This document shows positions 7,177-17,200 of a DNA stretch of 52,558 bases, one piece after another. Below the pieces are notes generated by a model. It worked only from the letters and a program-made list of their open reading frames with translations, was not told the origin of the DNA and ran no database searches. A program made the translations under genes and the position numbers. How positions within the stretch are numbered: the first letter of the stretch is position 1; each line of letters opens with the position of its first letter. Location: the NCBI GenBank assembly GCA_034002865.1, contig JAVEZR010000004.1, positions 1 to 52,558 of the forward strand, in the 5' to 3' direction. Source of the stretch: Candidatus Dojkabacteria bacterium (GTDB taxonomy: Bacteria > Patescibacteriota > Dojkabacteria > SC72).

Positions 7177-8972
7177 TAATATGTTCTTTCAAAATTCATA
7201 TCTATCTCACTCAATTTTAATTTCCATACAGCAGGTCTACCGTGTGGACAGCTATACGGATTCTCACATACAATTAATCTTTTATACATATCTACCATCT
7301 CTTGCCTATGAAGAGCTTGACCACTCCTCACACTACTATGACAAGACATTGTTGCATATATATCCTCTTTTAATCTAGTAATCTCCTTTGAAATGCTACT
7401 TACATTCTCACTTAGAGAGAATATTTCATCTAGAAATTTCTTAAAATCAGTATTTACAAACTCAACAGGTACGGTTGTAATAGATATGTGATCTTTAAGT
7501 ACATCATACTTAATACTTACCTCTTCAAAGAATTTCTTTAGCTCTTCCATTTCAGTTAACTGCACCTTAGACATTTCAATCTGTATTGGTACTAGTAAGT
7601 TCTGGCTCTCTATTTCATTCTTTTTAGCATTCTTAAGCTTCTCAAATGTAATTCTCTCTGCTGCAGCGTGCTGATCTATTACCCAAAGGGTTTCATTTTC
7701 AAACTCTATAACTATGTATTTGTTAAATATCTGAAAAATGTTTCTAAATGAAGCAAACTCTGTTTTCTCAAATTCAAAAGGTCTTGGTTTAACAAAAGAG
7801 CCCTCCCTTTCTCTAACATACCCATCACCACTACTATCTAATACCTCTTTACTAAAAAGAAGACTATCCTTTACAGAGCTACTTCTACTTTGCCCAAAAG
7901 AGATATCCCTACTTGGAGTTGATGGCGTATACTCCCTACTCTCTACTCTGTATGAAGTAACACCCTCTACTGCCTTCTTAACAGCCTCCTGTACTGCAGA
8001 GTAGACACGATATGGGTTAAGGAATCTAACTTCCTCTTTCCTTGGATGAACATTTACATCAATTAGCTCTGGATTAATATTTAGAAGAAGTATATATGGG
8101 ACTCTCTGTCCATGAGGAATATATCTTTCAAAACCTTGGTACACTGCCCTTGCAATCCCGTTATCTTTAATGGGTCTAGCATTTACAAATATATACTGAT
8201 GATTAGCTCTCTTTTGATGATCAGAAGGGTGTCCGACATATCCAGATATTTTAGTTCCACTACCATCATAGAAGACCTTTATCATTCTCTTCACAAAATC
8301 CTCTTTTAGTAATGACTCTATTCTCTCTTTCTCAATCGTATTTGGTTTAGAATTAGGAATACTCTTTAAATCAAATATCGCCTTACTATCCCTCTCTAAG
8401 ATGAAGTGGATGTTGGGATATATTAAGAAATATGGAAAGAGCATCTCTAACACTCTCTTGTACTCAGTTTGGGCACTCTTAAGGAACTTTCTTCTTGCTG
8501 GTACATTCTCAAAAAGGTTTTCAACAGTAATAGCGGTACCAGATTCCCTTGCACTACTTTTTACAGTACCCTGTTTACCATCCTTAGTAACAAGTTGACT
8601 ACCTACCTCTTCATCACTGTACTTAGATATTACTTTTATATTGGATACTGAAAGTATTGTAGAGAGAGCCTCTCCTCTAAAGCCCATTGTCAAAAGATTG
8701 TTTAAATCCTCAAAAGATGAAATCTTACTAGTAGTATGTGCAGTAAATATCTCTGAGATATTCTCTCTTGGAATACCTACCCCGTTATCACTTACCTCTA
8801 TCAAATCCATACCACCATTCACAACCTTTATCCTAATCTCTGTAGCCTTAGCATCTATACTGTTATCCAGTAACTCTTTAACAACAGATGCAGGTCTTTC
8901 AATGACCTCTCCCGCCGCTATCTGATTTACTAACTCCTGTGGTAATTTGTTTAATACAACTGTTGTATTCAT
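7176..8972 (-). CDS. mutL: DNA mismatch repair protein MutL (endonuclease-type)
   Basis: GHKL ATPase N-terminus (LPQELVNQIAAGEVIERPASVVKELLDNSIDA...SDNGVGI). C-terminal DQHAAAERITFE (DQHAxxExxxxE), SCH and CPHGRP endonuclease motifs. I place the start at ATG 8972 (MNTTVVLNKLP); the track's 9017 start would add a non-conserved 15-aa extension abutting uvrB. Confidence 0.92.
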   Translation of the reverse strand: MNTTVVLNKLPQELVNQIAAGEVIERPASVVKELLDNSIDAKATEIRIKVVNGGMDLIEVSDNGVGIPRENISEIFTAHTTSKISSFEDLNNLLTMGFRGEALSTILSVSNIKVISKYSDEEVGSQLVTKDGKQGTVKSSARESGTAITVENLFENVPARRKFLKSAQTEYKRVLEMLFPYFLIYPNIHFILERDSKAIFDLKSIPNSKPNTIEKERIESLLKEDFVKRMIKVFYDGSGTKISGYVGHPSDHQKRANHQYIFVNARPIKDNGIARAVYQGFERYIPHGQRVPYILLLNINPELIDVNVHPRKEEVRFLNPYRVYSAVQEAVKKAVEGVTSYRVESREYTPSTPSRDISFGQSRSSSVKDSLLFSKEVLDSSGDGYVREREGSFVKPRPFEFEKTEFASFRNIFQIFNKYIVIEFENETLWVIDQHAAAERITFEKLKNAKKNEIESQNLLVPIQIEMSKVQLTEMEELKKFFEEVSIKYDVLKDHISITTVPVEFVNTDFKKFLDEIFSLSENVSSISKEITRLKEDIYATMSCHSSVRSGQALHRQEMVDMYKRLIVCENPYSCPHGRPAVWKLKLSEIDMNFERTY

Positions 8973-8987
8973 ACAAAATATTCTAAC

Positions 8988-9013
8988 ACAGATTTGATTT
9001 AATCTGTTAAAAT
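8988..9013. promoter_or_regulatory. Palindrome plus -10 box in the mutL/uvrB divergent region
   Basis: ACAGATT (8988-8994), 6-nt spacer, AATCTGT (9001-9007), immediately followed by TAAAAT (9008-9013), which lies 6 nt before the uvrB ATG at 9020. Confidence 0.3.
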
Positions 9014-9019
9014 GCATGT

Positions 9020-10987
9020 ATGAAAGAAGAAAAATTCATATTAAAAACAAAATTCAAACCATCTAAAGATCAAAAGATTGCAATATCATCCTTAACAGAA
9101 AATATACAACAGGGTAAAGAGAAGCAGGTACTACTTGGAGTTACAGGCTCTGGTAAGACCTTTGTAATGGCTAACATTGTTAATCAACTAAACAGACCTA
9201 CACTTGTACTCTCACATAACAAAACATTAGCAGCTCAGCTATATGAGGAATTTAAAGAGTTCTTTCCAGAGAATGCAGTTAAGTATTTTGTATCCTACTA
9301 TGATTACTACCAACCAGAGGCATATATTCCCTCTAGAGATCTTTACATTGAGAAAGAATCTCAGGTAAATGAAGAGATAGAGAAGCTGAGATTGAGTGCA
9401 ATGAATGCTGCTAGAACACGAAGAGATACCATTGTAGTTGCTTCAGTATCATGTATTTACAATATTGGCAGTCCTGATAACTATGAAAACAAATCTATGG
9501 AGATATATATTGGACAGAAGATAGATATTGCTACACTTACACGAAAGCTTTCATTCTTAAGATATGAAAGGGAGTCAGTAGACTTGATATCAGGAACATA
9601 CATTGTTAGAGGAGATACAGTAGAGATATATATGCCGTATGAGGAGTTTCCAGTAAGAATTGAATTCTGGGGTAATGAAATAGAGGAGATATCATATATA
9701 GAGGGGATATCTAAACAGAAGCTCTCTCAGGTAGATAACTTAGATATATTCCCTGCTACTCCTCTTGTATATGATGCGGATACAATGGCACATGCAGTGG
9801 ATAGCATAGAGAGAGATTTAGTAAAAAGGGTTACATTTTTAAGAAATATTGGTAAAGAGGTAGAGGCTCAAAGACTTGAGCAAAAGACTAGATATGATAT
9901 GGAGATGATGAAAGAGATAGGGTTTTGTAAAAGTATGGAGAACTACTCCATATATTTTGATGGTAGAAGGACCGGAGAGCCTCCTTACACACTCTTAGAC
10001 TACTTCCCAGATGATTACCTACTCTTCATTGATGAATCCCATATTACGATTCCCCAGGTAGGTGGTATGTACAATGGGGATAGGGCAAGAAAAACGAATC
10101 TCATTGAGCACGGCTTTAGATTACCCTCTGCATATGATAACAGGCCACTAAATTTTAATGAGTTTAGAAAAAAGCAGAAAGATACAATATATTACTCTGC
10201 AACTCCAAATGAATGGGAAATTATAGATAGTAATAAAACGGTAGTAGAGCTACTTACAAGACCTACAGGTCTATTAGATCCTGCACTAGAGGTTAGAAAG
10301 AGTGAAAACCAAATAGATGATGTAATAAATGAGGTAAGAGAGAATGTAAAAAGAGGAGAGAGAGTACTAATTACTACCTTAACTAAAAGAATGGCTGAAG
10401 ATCTTACAGAGTATCTTAAAGAGTACGATATGAAAGTAGCATATCTGCACTCAGACATAGATACTGTAGAGAGAGTAGAAATATTAAGAGATTTAAGATT
10501 AGGAGAGTACGATGTACTAGTAGGTATTAACCTACTAAGAGAGGGTATAGACTTACCAGAGGTCTCTCTTGTAATTATTCTTGATGCAGATAAAGAGGGG
10601 TTTCTTAGATCTAAGACTAGCTTAGTACAAACTATTGGTAGAGCAGCTAGACATCTTAATGGTAGAGTCATTATGTATGCAGATAAGCAAACAGAGAGTA
10701 TGAAATATGCAATAGAGGAAACAAACAGAAGAAGAGAGTATCAAAGACAGTACAATAAAGAGAATGGTATTACACCTCAATCTATTAAAAAAGCAATTAG
10801 AGATCGTTTAGTAGAGAAAGAAGATATTGAGAAGAAAAGTTTAGATATTGAGGTAGAGAAGTTAAGTAAGAAACAGCAAAAGCTCCTAATTAAAGATTTA
10901 AGAGCTAAGATGTTACTAGCAGCAGATAACTTACAGTTTGAGAAAGCAGCACAGATAAGGGATAAAATAAAAGAGCTGAGTATTTAA
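9020..10987 (+). CDS. uvrB: Excinuclease ABC subunit B (UvrB)
   Basis: 655 aa. Walker A GVTGSGKTF, YYDYYQPEAY, helicase motifs (FIDESH, TLTKRMAEDL, LREGIDLPEVSLV, QTIGRAAR) and the C-terminal UVR motif (FEKAAQIRDKIKEL). Confidence 0.96.
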   Translation: MKEEKFILKTKFKPSKDQKIAISSLTENIQQGKEKQVLLGVTGSGKTFVMANIVNQLNRPTLVLSHNKTLAAQLYEEFKEFFPENAVKYFVSYYDYYQPEAYIPSRDLYIEKESQVNEEIEKLRLSAMNAARTRRDTIVVASVSCIYNIGSPDNYENKSMEIYIGQKIDIATLTRKLSFLRYERESVDLISGTYIVRGDTVEIYMPYEEFPVRIEFWGNEIEEISYIEGISKQKLSQVDNLDIFPATPLVYDADTMAHAVDSIERDLVKRVTFLRNIGKEVEAQRLEQKTRYDMEMMKEIGFCKSMENYSIYFDGRRTGEPPYTLLDYFPDDYLLFIDESHITIPQVGGMYNGDRARKTNLIEHGFRLPSAYDNRPLNFNEFRKKQKDTIYYSATPNEWEIIDSNKTVVELLTRPTGLLDPALEVRKSENQIDDVINEVRENVKRGERVLITTLTKRMAEDLTEYLKEYDMKVAYLHSDIDTVERVEILRDLRLGEYDVLVGINLLREGIDLPEVSLVIILDADKEGFLRSKTSLVQTIGRAARHLNGRVIMYADKQTESMKYAIEETNRRREYQRQYNKENGITPQSIKKAIRDRLVEKEDIEKKSLDIEVEKLSKKQQKLLIKDLRAKMLLAADNLQFEKAAQIRDKIKELSI

Positions 10988-10993
10988 CTCAGC
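10975..10993. terminator. Weak hairpin between convergent uvrB and the RRM gene
   Basis: GCTGAGT (10975-10981), loop ATTTA, ACTCAGC (10987-10993). It spans the uvrB stop codon. There is no strong T-run. Confidence 0.3.
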
Positions 10994-11023
10994 CCTTTAA
11001 TCGATCTTAGCTTTTACAAACCA

Positions 11024-11335
11024 TTACCTATATAGATCTGCTCCACCACTGTCATTACCCCTATCATTCCTATACCCACCATCCTCTCTAGGAGGCTTAG
11101 CAATAGAAACATTAATCTCTCTTCCATCTACTTCCTTACCGTTTAATTGCTCAATTGCCGTCTGAGCTAGTTCCTCTGTAGCCATAGTTACAAAACCAAA
11201 TCCTTTAGATCTGTTCTTAAACTTATCTACAATTACCTTTGCCTCTACAACCTCTCCAATTTCAGAGAATACTGCAAGCAAAGACTCATCTGTCATACCC
11301 CATGAAAGGTTTCCAACAAAAAGTTTGTTCTGCAT
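11024..11335 (-). CDS. RRM-type RNA-binding protein
   Basis: 103 aa with RNP-2 LFVGNLSW and RNP-1 KGFGFVTM, plus a Gly/Arg/Asp-rich C-terminal tail. Confidence 0.88.
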   Translation of the reverse strand: MQNKLFVGNLSWGMTDESLLAVFSEIGEVVEAKVIVDKFKNRSKGFGFVTMATEELAQTAIEQLNGKEVDGREINVSIAKPPREDGGYRNDRGNDSGGADLYR

Positions 11336-11396
11336 TTATATATAAATAATAAATAAAAAGACTACGGATAAGCACACTAAAAGGTTACCTACACAG

Positions 11397-11416
11397 GGTA
11401 TTAATAAATTAATACC
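11397..11416. promoter_or_regulatory. Perfect 20-bp palindrome in the leader of the RRM gene, downstream of tRNA-Gln
   Basis: GGTATTAAT-AA-ATTAATACC. A minus-strand TATAAT lies at 11442-11437, which would give a roughly 95-nt 5' UTR containing the palindrome. Confidence 0.3.
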
Positions 11417-11473
11417 TTTCTTAACATAGACTATTGATTATAACATAGGGAGTAGAAAAGAAAAGAAGGGGAA

Positions 11474-11547
11474 TGGTTGCGGGACATAGATTCGAACTAT
11501 GATTCTCGGCTTCAAAGGCCGGTGTCCTACCATTAGACGATCCCGCA
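11474..11547 (-). tRNA. tRNA-Gln (anticodon UUG), CCA encoded
   Basis: Minus-strand fold: acceptor TGCGGGA/TCCCGCA (the U1:A72 pair typical of bacterial tRNA-Gln), D arm GTCT-AATGGTA-GGAC, anticodon loop CTTTGAA, T arm CATAG-TTCGAAT-CTATG, A + CCA. Length 74 nt. Confidence 0.85.
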
Positions 11548-11646
11548 ATACTGGCTATTATATCATTAAGAGCTTACTTCTTAAAACTCTTCTTACCTAC
11601 AAAGATTCACATTGAATTCTTTCTGTATTCATAATAACCTATTAAA

Positions 11647-12741
11647 ATGAAAAGAGCTAAGAGAGATAAAAAACATGCAAGCCCTATTAAAATGCCAAAA
11701 GGTAGTAATAGAAGAACCTTTGTTAAAAGAAAAAAGAAATTTCAATTTCCTCAGATATTTAAAAAGGATAAATACTCAAGAAGAAGGAAGATACAGTTAA
11801 ATAGTAAAGCCTTTGTAATACCACTATTAATACTACTATTCTTTGGATTAATATTTATCTCTGTCAAATACATCACCTTTATTAGAAGTAATGCGTTCGA
11901 TGATAAAGAAACATATACTGTTGGAGAGGTTACAGGTTTAGAGGGCATACCTGAATATGAAGGCTCTGAATTTATCTTTAAAAACAATATAGAGGATTCT
12001 GTAGTGAAAGAGTTTCTCTCTGGTGGTAACTCCGCATACAGAGTACTTAAAAGCTCTACATTGGAGGAGATAGAGAGCTACTACCTTGAGAAGTTGCCTC
12101 CATTAGGTTGGGAGTTAGTTGCACAGGTACCACTCGGCACTGAGGATAAGAAGTATGGTCAGTATTGGATTAAGGATGGCAAAGGGTTAAGGATATACAG
12201 TAAATTTAAAGATATATGGTATGAAACTATAACAGAGCAAGAGGCTAAAGACGCTCTCTCAAATAGGGTAAAGGAGGAGATAGAGAGAGAAATGCTAATG
12301 GCTAGTGGTGATCAGCAAGATTTACTTCCTGATTATCCATGGAGAATTCAAATACCTAAGGAGTATATAATAAAATACTCTGCTACAAGTATTAAAGATT
12401 TTAGAGCAGTATCTTTTCAAAAGTTGGGTGGTAGTGATCTTGTAGAAATATATCCCGTTGGGAAGTTAGGCTCTAAAGAGCTAGACTACCTATTAGAAAA
12501 TTACTGTAAAGAGAAAAGTACAGAAGGTATTACATACTCTGTTGTAAATACTGTACCTGTTGGCTTTAGAGAGTATTTAGCTCTTAGAGGAAGTATAACT
12601 TCTGGAGGTAGTAATATGCAGGTAATTGTAATTCCAAATAGCTTTAATAATATGGTATACGTACTATCATCTACAAAAGAGAATGACCCACTGTTAGAGT
12701 ATATATTTGAGAATATTAAACCGCTAGGTGCTAAGGATTAA
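11647..12741 (+). CDS. Membrane-anchored protein with highly basic cytoplasmic tail (hypothetical)
   Basis: 364-aa ORF. The first 50 or so aa are very Lys/Arg-rich, followed by a TM helix (AFVIPLLILLFFGLIFISV) and a roughly 290-aa extracytoplasmic domain with no motif I recognise. Confidence 0.6.
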   Translation: MKRAKRDKKHASPIKMPKGSNRRTFVKRKKKFQFPQIFKKDKYSRRRKIQLNSKAFVIPLLILLFFGLIFISVKYITFIRSNAFDDKETYTVGEVTGLEGIPEYEGSEFIFKNNIEDSVVKEFLSGGNSAYRVLKSSTLEEIESYYLEKLPPLGWELVAQVPLGTEDKKYGQYWIKDGKGLRIYSKFKDIWYETITEQEAKDALSNRVKEEIEREMLMASGDQQDLLPDYPWRIQIPKEYIIKYSATSIKDFRAVSFQKLGGSDLVEIYPVGKLGSKELDYLLENYCKEKSTEGITYSVVNTVPVGFREYLALRGSITSGGSNMQVIVIPNSFNNMVYVLSSTKENDPLLEYIFENIKPLGAKD

Positions 12742-14216
12742 GTAATACGCTCTTTTATTCTCTTAGCTACATTACTATTTTTAACTATATTAGTAATATC
12801 TTCTAAGGAAGCCTCCTTAAGCGCATCTATACTACCGTAATTTTTTATTAATGCTTTCTTACGCTTCTCTCCTACACCAACTACAGAATCTAATACAGAC
12901 CTTCTGCTCTCTTTTATACTCTGTTTTCTGTAATGAGATATTGCAAACCTGTGAGCCTCGTTTCTTAAGTCTATTAATATCTCAGGACTATTTATCTCTA
13001 TCTGATATATCTGTCCATCTCTTAATATCCAGTACTCATCTATTTTACTTCCACCCTTCCTTTTAAGATGTTTACCCTTAGAGATACCCATTAGAAGAGT
13101 ATCTTTTGGAATACTATTCATTACAGAGGATAGCTGACCTACTCCTCCATCGATGAGGATAATGTCTGGTTTCTTTGTTAAACTACTGTCTGTATTTTTA
13201 CCCATATTGGAGAATCTCCTCTCTAATACCTCTTTTAACATAGCGAAATCGTCAGGAGTATCCTTACCCTTTATTTTAAAAATTCTGTACTCAGATCTCT
13301 TTATTTCACCCTCCTGTGCTACTACCATAGAGCCATATGCATGCTTACCTTGCATATTAGATATGTCATAGCATTCAATTCTCTTTAATCCTTTTACTCC
13401 TAACTCTAGTTCTAAGTATCCAAAACTTTTCTCTCTAGCTTTCTCTCTCCTATTCTTGTAACTGAGAGTATCATCGTAATATGTAAAATCAATACTCTCC
13501 CCAATATATTTTAAATCTTTAACCCTATCTCTTAACTGACTAGCTTTTTCAAATTCCTCTTTCTTAGAATATTCATTCATCTCTCTCTCTAACCTCTTAA
13601 TATGGTTTACCTGCTTACCATTAAGAAATCTTATTATATTATCAATATTCTCTCTGTACTCCTCCTGCGTTATTGCACCTGCATACGGTCCAGGGCATAA
13701 CCCTATATGGTAATTTAATGATGATTTACAATCTTTGTTCTTACATGTACAGAATGGATATATCTTTCTAAGGTATGTATATACCCTCTTAACAGTGTAT
13801 CCACTTGGATATGGACCAAACATACGACCTTTATTAAAATCTCCCTTCTTAATGCTTCTTACAATCTTAACAGTAGGGAATTTCTCTTTTGTAGTTATAT
13901 ATATCCATGCATATGACTTATCATCTTTCAAAACAGAGTTAAATTCAGGTTGCAACTCTCTTACAAGCGCAGATTCAAGTATTAATGCCTCTATCTCATT
14001 ATTAGTCTCCTGTATCTTAATATCTGCAACAAGAGGCATCATGGGCAGTATACGTGGCCTATCGTATAGCGGCTGTTTAAAGTATGAATTTACTCGAGAG
14101 TGAAGATTAATAGCTTTACCTACATACAGAACAGTGCCCTCTTTATCTAGAAATTTATAAATTCCAGGGGTATTGGGTAAGCTTTCTAATTTTAATTTTA
14201 AGGTATCTATTATCAT
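12738..14216 (-). CDS. uvrC: Excinuclease ABC subunit C (UvrC), compact 492-aa form
   Basis: GIY-YIG N-terminus (GIYKFLDKEGTVLYVGKAINLHSRVNSY), UVR motif (FEKASQLRDRVKDL), endonuclease core (IECYDISNMQG) and C-terminal HhH2 (VVGVGEKRKKALIKNYGSIDALKEAS). Confidence 0.92.
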   Translation of the reverse strand: MIIDTLKLKLESLPNTPGIYKFLDKEGTVLYVGKAINLHSRVNSYFKQPLYDRPRILPMMPLVADIKIQETNNEIEALILESALVRELQPEFNSVLKDDKSYAWIYITTKEKFPTVKIVRSIKKGDFNKGRMFGPYPSGYTVKRVYTYLRKIYPFCTCKNKDCKSSLNYHIGLCPGPYAGAITQEEYRENIDNIIRFLNGKQVNHIKRLEREMNEYSKKEEFEKASQLRDRVKDLKYIGESIDFTYYDDTLSYKNRREKAREKSFGYLELELGVKGLKRIECYDISNMQGKHAYGSMVVAQEGEIKRSEYRIFKIKGKDTPDDFAMLKEVLERRFSNMGKNTDSSLTKKPDIILIDGGVGQLSSVMNSIPKDTLLMGISKGKHLKRKGGSKIDEYWILRDGQIYQIEINSPEILIDLRNEAHRFAISHYRKQSIKESRRSVLDSVVGVGEKRKKALIKNYGSIDALKEASLEDITNIVKNSNVAKRIKERIT

Positions 14217-14229
14217 ACCCTATTATACA

Positions 14230-17200
14230 TTAAAACTTTCTTAACCAACGCTTAGTATCACTATTTAGCTCTATTGTTTTTTCTAATATTACAGCCTTAT
14301 TCTTCCCCTTATCAGTAACTACTATCTTTACAGGCACATCCCCATTAGAAAGTGAAATATACTCTTTAAGTTTTTTTATCTCTTCCTCTGTATGATTCGG
14401 CTTTATCCTAAACGTCACACCTTGAAAATTATCTCCATGCTTTGATTCATCAATATATTTAGCCTTCTCTAGAATTAAACTTTTCTCATTGTTCTTAACA
14501 TTTACACTTGCAGCTATGAGAATTGGCTTACCCTCTTCAAGAACATCCTTAATCTCTTGGTACTTTTGAGGGAAAAGAATAATATCTGTAATTGCGGACT
14601 TATCCTCTACCGTAAGGAATGCCATCATATCTCCCTTCTTAGTAGTAATTCTCCTTATCTTATTCACCATTACTCCTAGAATTACAACAGCCCTGTTTTT
14701 CTTCTCAAGGGCCTCTTTAACAGAGATTACATTTTTAGATTCAAAGAACTCCTGTAAATTATCTAGAGGGTGGCTAGAGAAGTATAGACCTAGGAGATCC
14801 TTCTCCCACTGTAGGATTTGATGCCTAGGAGCCTTCTCTACTTCAGGAAGAGGTGTAACCGATGTCTCTGGGACATACTCTTCACCTTGAGAAAGAGAGA
14901 ATATATCTATCTGACCCATACTTTTAGAAGAGTTACTCTTCTTTGTTCTCTCGAATATAACGGGGGCTATTTGAAGTAAAGCAGCTCTATCTCCAAACTC
15001 ATCCATACTACCGCACATAATTAAGTACTCAATAGCTCTCTTTTGTAAACCCTTATGTGCTGTTCTCTCTATGAAATCATCTAAGTTCTTGTATGAACCA
15101 TTCTCCTTTCTTTCTTTTACAATACTGTTAACAATATCCTCACCAACATTCTTTATACCTCCTAATCCAAACCTAATACCACTATCTCCCTCTATGGTAA
15201 AGAACACCTTACTCTCATTTATAGTAGGGGGTAGTACATCTATCCCAAGCCTTTCACATTCATTTAGATCGATAATGACTCTATCAAAGTTATCTAAATC
15301 TCCCTCAAGTAGTGCAGCCATGAATTCCAAAGGGTAATGTGCTTTTAAATATGCAGTCCAATATGCAATAGTTGCGTATGATGCACTGTGAGCTTTATTA
15401 AATCCGTAGTTAGCAAACTGTACTAACTTATCCCACAACCTTTCTGTTTCTTTAGGATCAAAACCGTTCTTTTTAGCACCCTTAAGAAACTTAGGTTTCT
15501 CTTTCTCCATAATGTCCATCTTCTTTTTACCCATTGCACGTCTTAGTATATCCGCAGTACCAAGACTGTACCCTGCAATTATCTGTGCTATTTTCATAAC
15601 CTGCTCTTGATATGTTATAACCCCATTTGTAACCTCCAAAACTGGCTTAAGCTCCTCAAAGACATAGTCAGGCTCCTGATCTCCCTTCTTAACAGCAATA
15701 TACTCTGAAATATACTGCATAGGGCCTGGACGATACGCTGCGAGTAGATAGCAGATATCCTCCTGAGTCTCTGGCTGAAGGCCACGTATACTCCTTTTCA
15801 TACCTTCACTTTCCAATTGGAATACACCTACTGTATGACCACTTTTAATAAGGTTGAAGGTTGCTTTGTCATTAGGGTCAAGAGTTAGAAGATCAATATC
15901 CCTCTTCCTATTTACTTTTACTTTAGTAATCGCTTCCCCTATTACATTAAGATTTCTAAGACCAAGAAAATCAAACTTCATTAACCCAACATACTCAATA
16001 TCTGACATCTCAAACTGCGTCATACCTATACCTCCACCATGGGAATCCCTTTGTATAGCACAGTAGTTAATAACTGGGTCAGGAGTAACAATAATGCCAC
16101 AAGCATGAGTAGATGTACCTCTACATATTCCAGAAACTTTTCTTACTATATTCGCTAACTCTAATGTCTTCTCCGATGAGTTAATTATCTCCGCAAACTC
16201 TGGATTATGCTCGATCATATGATCTATACCTTTAGCTTTACCAAACACTATCTCCACCATTTTTGCTAACTTATCTGTAACAGCAAGCTCTACACCCAAT
16301 ACTCTACCTACATCTTTAATAGCCTGTCTTGTTTGTAGCTTACTAAAGGTACCAATCTGCTTTACATTATCTATACCATACTTCTCTATGGTGTAATCTA
16401 GTAGTTCATTCCTCCTTTTATCAGCAATATCTATATCAAAATCAGGAGGAGAATCTCTCTCAGGATTAAGGAATCTCTCAAAGTAAAGCTCCCACTCCAT
16501 TGGTTCTATATCAGTAATATCAACACAGTATGCAACAACAGAGCCACAACCAGAGCCCCTCATACCAACAATGATTCCATTCTTTCTACAAAACATCACA
16601 AAGTCTCTAACTACTAAAAAGTAATCATTGTATCTTCTCTCATCTATGATTTCGAGTTCATATGCAATTCTCTCTCTAATCTCTTTCGTTACCTTCCCAT
16701 ACTTCCTCTTAGCTCCCTCTAAGGCAAGTCTCTTAAGATATGTTCCTGATTTTTCCCCTTCAGGAAGATCTAAGAAGTGTGGCTCAACCCTACCGAATGT
16801 AATATCAAAATCCTCAATGCTCTCTGTAATGACCTGAGTATTTTCAATGGCCTGAGGAAGATCATTAAAGAGCTCTTTCATTTCTTCCTGTGTTTTAACA
16901 TAGAACTCGTTAGTAGCCATTTTTCTTCTACTAGGGTCATCCCATGATTTACCATCATTAATACACCAAAGTATCTCTTGAATATATGCATCTTCCTTAT
17001 TTAAGTAGTGAGAATCACATGTAGCAACTAGTGGTAGATTAAGCTCAGTAGATATTTTAATAAGGGAGTCATTAACAAGCTCTTGCTCTTCCATTCCATT
17101 TCTTTGAATCTCAATATAGAAGTTTTCCTTAAATAGTTCACTATATTTCTTTGCAGCCTCTAGTGCTGCATCGTAGTTATTTTCTAGCAAAGGTCTCGCC

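Noticed and set aside
8973-9017. 15-aa N-terminal extension of MutL (MHFNRLNQICVRIFC)
   Set aside because: MutL homology starts at MNTTVVLNKLPQELVNQIAAGEV. The extension would leave only 2 nt between divergent mutL and uvrB and would consume the only available promoter DNA.
10192-10671. Long antisense shadow ORFs inside conserved genes: 10192-10671 in uvrB, 13735-14103 in uvrC, 49299-49727 in parA, 50226-50570 in parB, 30573-30893 in gatA, 44302-44886 and others in the giant ORF
   Set aside because: Each lies opposite a confidently identified gene. They are Ser/Leu/Ile-rich with no recognisable motifs. This is the typical stop-poor antisense frame of AT-rich coding DNA, and there is no independent start context.
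12738-14216. UvrC being about 100 aa shorter than model-organism UvrC, as a possible truncation or pseudogene
   Set aside because: All expected modules (GIY-YIG, UVR, endonuclease core, HhH2) are present in order in an intact frame. The shortening looks like linker compaction typical of reduced genomes.
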